Positions 60,894-64,000 of a DNA stretch of 64,000 nucleotides are shown piece after piece. How positions within the stretch are numbered: position 1 is the stretch's first letter; the number at the start of each line of letters is the position of its first letter. The notes below the pieces were generated by a model. That model saw nothing but the letters and a program-made list of their open reading frames with translations. It was not told the origin of the DNA and ran no database searches. The position numbers and the translations under genes were made by a program. Source of the stretch: Candidatus Woesearchaeota archaeon (GTDB taxonomy: Archaea > Nanobdellota > Nanobdellia > Pacearchaeales > GW2011-AR1); NCBI GenBank assembly GCA_964410025.1, contig CAYPFA010000001.1:31401-95400 (forward strand). Reading direction: 5' to 3'.

Positions 60894-62464
60894 TGTATCC
60901 TCCTCCTAATCTCCCCACTCAGCTCATCACTAAAAAATGGCCTTCCGTCGTATCTCAATATTTTATTTTTATCCTCAACAATAAACCCAGTTTTCTCTGC
61001 AATCAATCTACTTAATGGCGATTCAGAATTATTTTCAACAACAATTACCTTCTTAGATTTCTTAATTTCATCTTTTATTTTATCAGAAAACGGATTCATA
61101 TAAAGAACTTGCAGAAACTTAGCATCTAATTTTCCGTCGGAAATAGCATCTAAAATCGCACCTTTAGTTGAACCCCAGCCCAAAACCAAATTTTTGCTAT
61201 TCTGATTCCCATAAATCTTAAACATTCTGCTCATCAGAGCTGACCCCCGCAGGGCTCCTTCGCATTCTCGCTCAATTTCCTTTTGTTTTTTTATTCTCGC
61301 TTCAAAATTCGCCTTAATGACATCAGTATCTTCAGTCGCAATATTTTCTTTTTTACCATCCATTTCATAAGAATTAAATCTCTCTCCAGCCTTCACGCCA
61401 CTTTTAATTTCTTTAATTCCCTTCAAAACTTTCTTTTCATCAAACAAACTCTTCGCTTCAGCCAAATGTTTATCATTCAAAACTATCGACGGAATTTTAT
61501 ATTTTTGTGAAAAATAAAACGCATCATTTGTCAACTTCATTGATTCTTCATTATCTCCTGGAGCCAAAACCATTCTAAAAAATTCTCCATGCCCTGAATG
61601 TAAAGCCATATTCAAATCCCCTTGCGAAGTGTAAGTCGCAACTCCCGTTCCCGGTCCTGGCCTCTGTGACAAATAAAACACCAACGGAACTTCAGCCATC
61701 GCAGCAAAGCTCATTGTTTCCGTCATTAAATCAAATCCACCACCGGAAGTTCCAACCATAACTCGCTTACCAACAACCGAACTCCCAACTCCAGCCAAAG
61801 CAACTGCAATTTCATTTTCAACTTCAATAACCTTAAACTGACTCTTACTTGCATTCTGCCGAGCTGAATCCAGCGTGAGAGTTCCAAGCTCCATCATCAA
61901 TGGAGTCGCAGGGGTCATGGGATAAGCATAATAAATATCCAAACCAGATTTTATAGCAGACAAGGCCATCGCCTTACTACCATTCATCAAAACCAAATCC
62001 TTTATTTTTCTGCCAGCGTTTACAGTAGTTATTTTTCTTTTCTCCGCATCGAAACCCCCTTTAGCATCTTTCATATTCTCATCAAACTTATGCAACTTCT
62101 TCAACTCTTTTTCCAAAACATCAAACCCGATTCCCAATAATTTAAACAAGGCTCCAGCATAATACATATTACCTTTTCCTTCTACAAATTTCAAAACAAC
62201 TGCTTTACTAGACAAATCAGATTTATGCAACTTCTCCGTATTGTCATCCAAACAAACCAAAACATCTGTCTTAGAAGAATTGCTATAAATTTCCTTATCT
62301 GAAAAACTTATTAAATTAAAATTATGCCCGCCTCTAATTAACGATTGATAATCTCTCGAATAAAAAACATAATAACCTTGCTCAATCAAACCCTGTGAAA
62401 CAACTTCCGAAAGAATGTTCGGTCCTTGCCCGGCCTTACCACCAACTAATATCTCGCACCTCAT
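60890..62464 (-). CDS. 2-oxoacid:ferredoxin oxidoreductase, alpha subunit with fused gamma domain
   Basis: N-terminal gamma-like GGKAGQGPN...RGGHN, followed by the alpha-type AYPMTPATP and GTSGGGF. Confidence 0.85.
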   Translation of the reverse strand: MRCEILVGGKAGQGPNILSEVVSQGLIEQGYYVFYSRDYQSLIRGGHNFNLISFSDKEIYSNSSKTDVLVCLDDNTEKLHKSDLSSKAVVLKFVEGKGNMYYAGALFKLLGIGFDVLEKELKKLHKFDENMKDAKGGFDAEKRKITTVNAGRKIKDLVLMNGSKAMALSAIKSGLDIYYAYPMTPATPLMMELGTLTLDSARQNASKSQFKVIEVENEIAVALAGVGSSVVGKRVMVGTSGGGFDLMTETMSFAAMAEVPLVFYLSQRPGPGTGVATYTSQGDLNMALHSGHGEFFRMVLAPGDNEESMKLTNDAFYFSQKYKIPSIVLNDKHLAEAKSLFDEKKVLKGIKEIKSGVKAGERFNSYEMDGKKENIATEDTDVIKANFEARIKKQKEIERECEGALRGSALMSRMFKIYGNQNSKNLVLGWGSTKGAILDAISDGKLDAKFLQVLYMNPFSDKIKDEIKKSKKVIVVENNSESPLSRLIAEKTGFIVEDKNKILRYDGRPFFSDELSGEIRRRIQ

Positions 62465-62735
62465 TGCGATATTTTTTGGAAATTTATTTGAGAAAAAATC
62501 GCAATGTAACGAACTTGCTGAGTTACACTATCGGACTTTTTTGACCAAACTGCAAGTTTGGAATTATCCAAAAAACGTCCTTTACATATCACCATTCGTT
62601 TACCAATAAAAGCCATTATTTAAAGATTTCTTAATGATGTTAACGATCCGAGCCTACGGAGGATTGACAAAAATGTTTCTTTTTATTTAGAAAAATTTTT
62701 CTTTTGTAAAGAAAAAGAACTCACAGTATATTAAC

Positions 62736-64000
62736 TCAAATCTCTCCAAATCCATTAACAAACTCAACACCATTTTTTTCAAAAATCTTATTGGCTTCTT
62801 TCATGCTTTTCTCCCCTAAAAATACAGCCACAACATTTCTTTTAGACTTCGCAAGTTCTTTCTTCATTCTGCCTTCCATGGCTGACACCCGCGTGTGCTC
62901 TACACTAAATTCTTCCTTAATCTTTACTACTACCCTTGCAGTCTTCTCCATTTCACTCATACTCTGCGGAGTTAAAATAACAAATAATGTTTCAAATGAT
63001 TTATTTTTTATCTCATTAAAATTCCTCATATAATCTTCAGCCAAAGCAGTTCCTATAATATCCAATGACTTATCAACAATTTTTACATTTCTCCTAACTA
63101 AATAATCAGAAAGCAGAACTCCTGCGCCGCCTGCATTAGTTATTATAAAAGCAGACTTACCTACTTTTATCTTATTACCTCTAATATTTCTCTTTATACC
63201 GCTCGCCTTCGTTAATTGCATATCGCCAGATATGGAACTATGTTCTTTGGTTTCCAGGGAAGCTTTCTTTTTAAGAAAGGAAGCCTCAAACATTTCCAAA
63301 AAATTCTCACACATTTCAACACCAGCTTGCCTAAACGCGCCAGTATAGATCGCATAATCAGAAGCCAAACTCGCAGTATGACTTATCGCAGCCCTTTCTC
63401 CCGCATCTGAACTTCCGCCCTTAATTGCATAAATCCGCTTACCGTTTTTAATCGCTTTCTTACAAGCTTCCAAAAATCTTTTTCCGTCCTTCAATTTCTC
63501 AACGTACAAAACAATTGACTTAGTTTTTTTATCCTTCCCAAAATATTCTATAAAATCATTAAAATCCATATTATCCATATTCCCCAGACCAACAAACGCA
63601 GAAATTCCAAAACCACCCTTCAAATCAGCAACATAACTCCACATCGCCCCAGACTGACTCACAAAAGCAATATCTCCTTTCTCTGCCATAGAATTTGCAA
63701 AAGTCAAATCAAGACCAGCCCAAGGATTACAAGTTCCAAAACAATTCGCACCACTAAATCTTATCCCATACTTCTTAGCAACCCTCAAAACTTCCTCCTC
63801 ATCTTTCATATTTCCGACCTCAGAAAATCCCGCACTAATCAAAATAACTTCTTTTATCCCCTTCTTCCCGCACTCTTCCATCGACTTAGCTACAAAAGAA
63901 GCCGGAATAGCAATAACAGCCAAATTAATTTTCTCTTTAACTTTCAAAACCGATTTATAACACTTAATTCCTAAAAGCTCATCGTGATTCAAACTTATCG
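62736..64000 (-). CDS. ADP-forming acyl-CoA synthetase (CoA-binding/ligase domains), N-terminus beyond window end
   Basis: GIKCYKSV..INLAVIAIPA, VILISAGFSEVG, FVSQSGA and GLGN motifs. The frame is open upstream of the TTG at 63992 through to position 64000. Confidence 0.75.
   Translation of the reverse strand, partial: ISLNHDELLGIKCYKSVLKVKEKINLAVIAIPASFVAKSMEECGKKGIKEVILISAGFSEVGNMKDEEEVLRVAKKYGIRFSGANCFGTCNPWAGLDLTFANSMAEKGDIAFVSQSGAMWSYVADLKGGFGISAFVGLGNMDNMDFNDFIEYFGKDKKTKSIVLYVEKLKDGKRFLEACKKAIKNGKRIYAIKGGSSDAGERAAISHTASLASDYAIYTGAFRQAGVEMCENFLEMFEASFLKKKASLETKEHSSISGDMQLTKASGIKRNIRGNKIKVGKSAFIITNAGGAGVLLSDYLVRRNVKIVDKSLDIIGTALAEDYMRNFNEIKNKSFETLFVILTPQSMSEMEKTARVVVKIKEEFSVEHTRVSAMEGRMKKELAKSKRNVVAVFLGEKSMKEANKIFEKNGVEFVNGFGEI

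Noticed and set aside
62465-62610. 49-codon minus-strand ORF (MVICKGRFLDNSKLAVW...) ending in an ATGA overlap with the OFOR alpha gene, considered as a possible delta (ferredoxin) subunit
   Set aside because: It has only a single cysteine and so cannot form the Fe-S cluster motifs expected of an OFOR delta subunit. It is too short and unconserved-looking to call.

Overview
This is a visibly AT-rich, gene-dense archaeal chromosome segment with about 70 credible CDS, many overlapping by 1-25 nt. It most likely comes from a small-genome DPANN-type lineage. Supporting evidence: archaeal/eukaryal ribosomal proteins L10e and L35Ae, a eukaryote-like TyrRS, an archaeosine-type tRNA-guanine transglycosylase and a bulge-helix-bulge tRNA intron. 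These sit beside bacterial-type DnaK/DnaJ/GrpE, PPDK, adenylate kinase, thioredoxin reductase, a 2-oxoacid:ferredoxin oxidoreductase with an ADP-forming acyl-CoA synthetase, a partial histidine operon and a large two-component signalling cluster. I recognised no rRNA, CRISPR array, transposase or integrase. The most unusual signal is at the three tRNA genes (Val-UAC, Gly-GCC, His-GUG). Each carries self-derived fragments: 5' pieces upstream (ending in the D loop at Val and Gly) and 3' pieces interrupted in the T arm downstream. At tRNA-Val there are two tandem 53-bp units. At tRNA-Gly an 81-bp promoter plus 5' tRNA duplication brackets a 7.3-kb integrase-less island. The island encodes a nucleotide/nucleoside-tailoring-like gene set: oxidoreductase, P-loop kinase, a 433-aa unknown, HD, two Nudix and a carbamoyltransferase. 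At tRNA-His there is an 84-nt structured intron, an intron-less partial copy, and tandem 72-bp cloverleaf-like units ending in the tRNA-His 3' terminus, all immediately upstream of hisG. Other notable items are two small ORFs flanking trxB that each carry a single in-frame stop, a GC-rich G-tract box present twice, a minimal [FeFe]-hydrogenase H-domain-like protein, and duplicated response-regulator/degenerate RecA-like gene pairs. Hand-derived coordinates (tRNAs, repeats, interrupted ORFs) were counted manually and anchored on ORF-track coordinates, so they may be off by 1-2 nt. All functional calls rest on motif recognition from the translated sequences, not on database searches.
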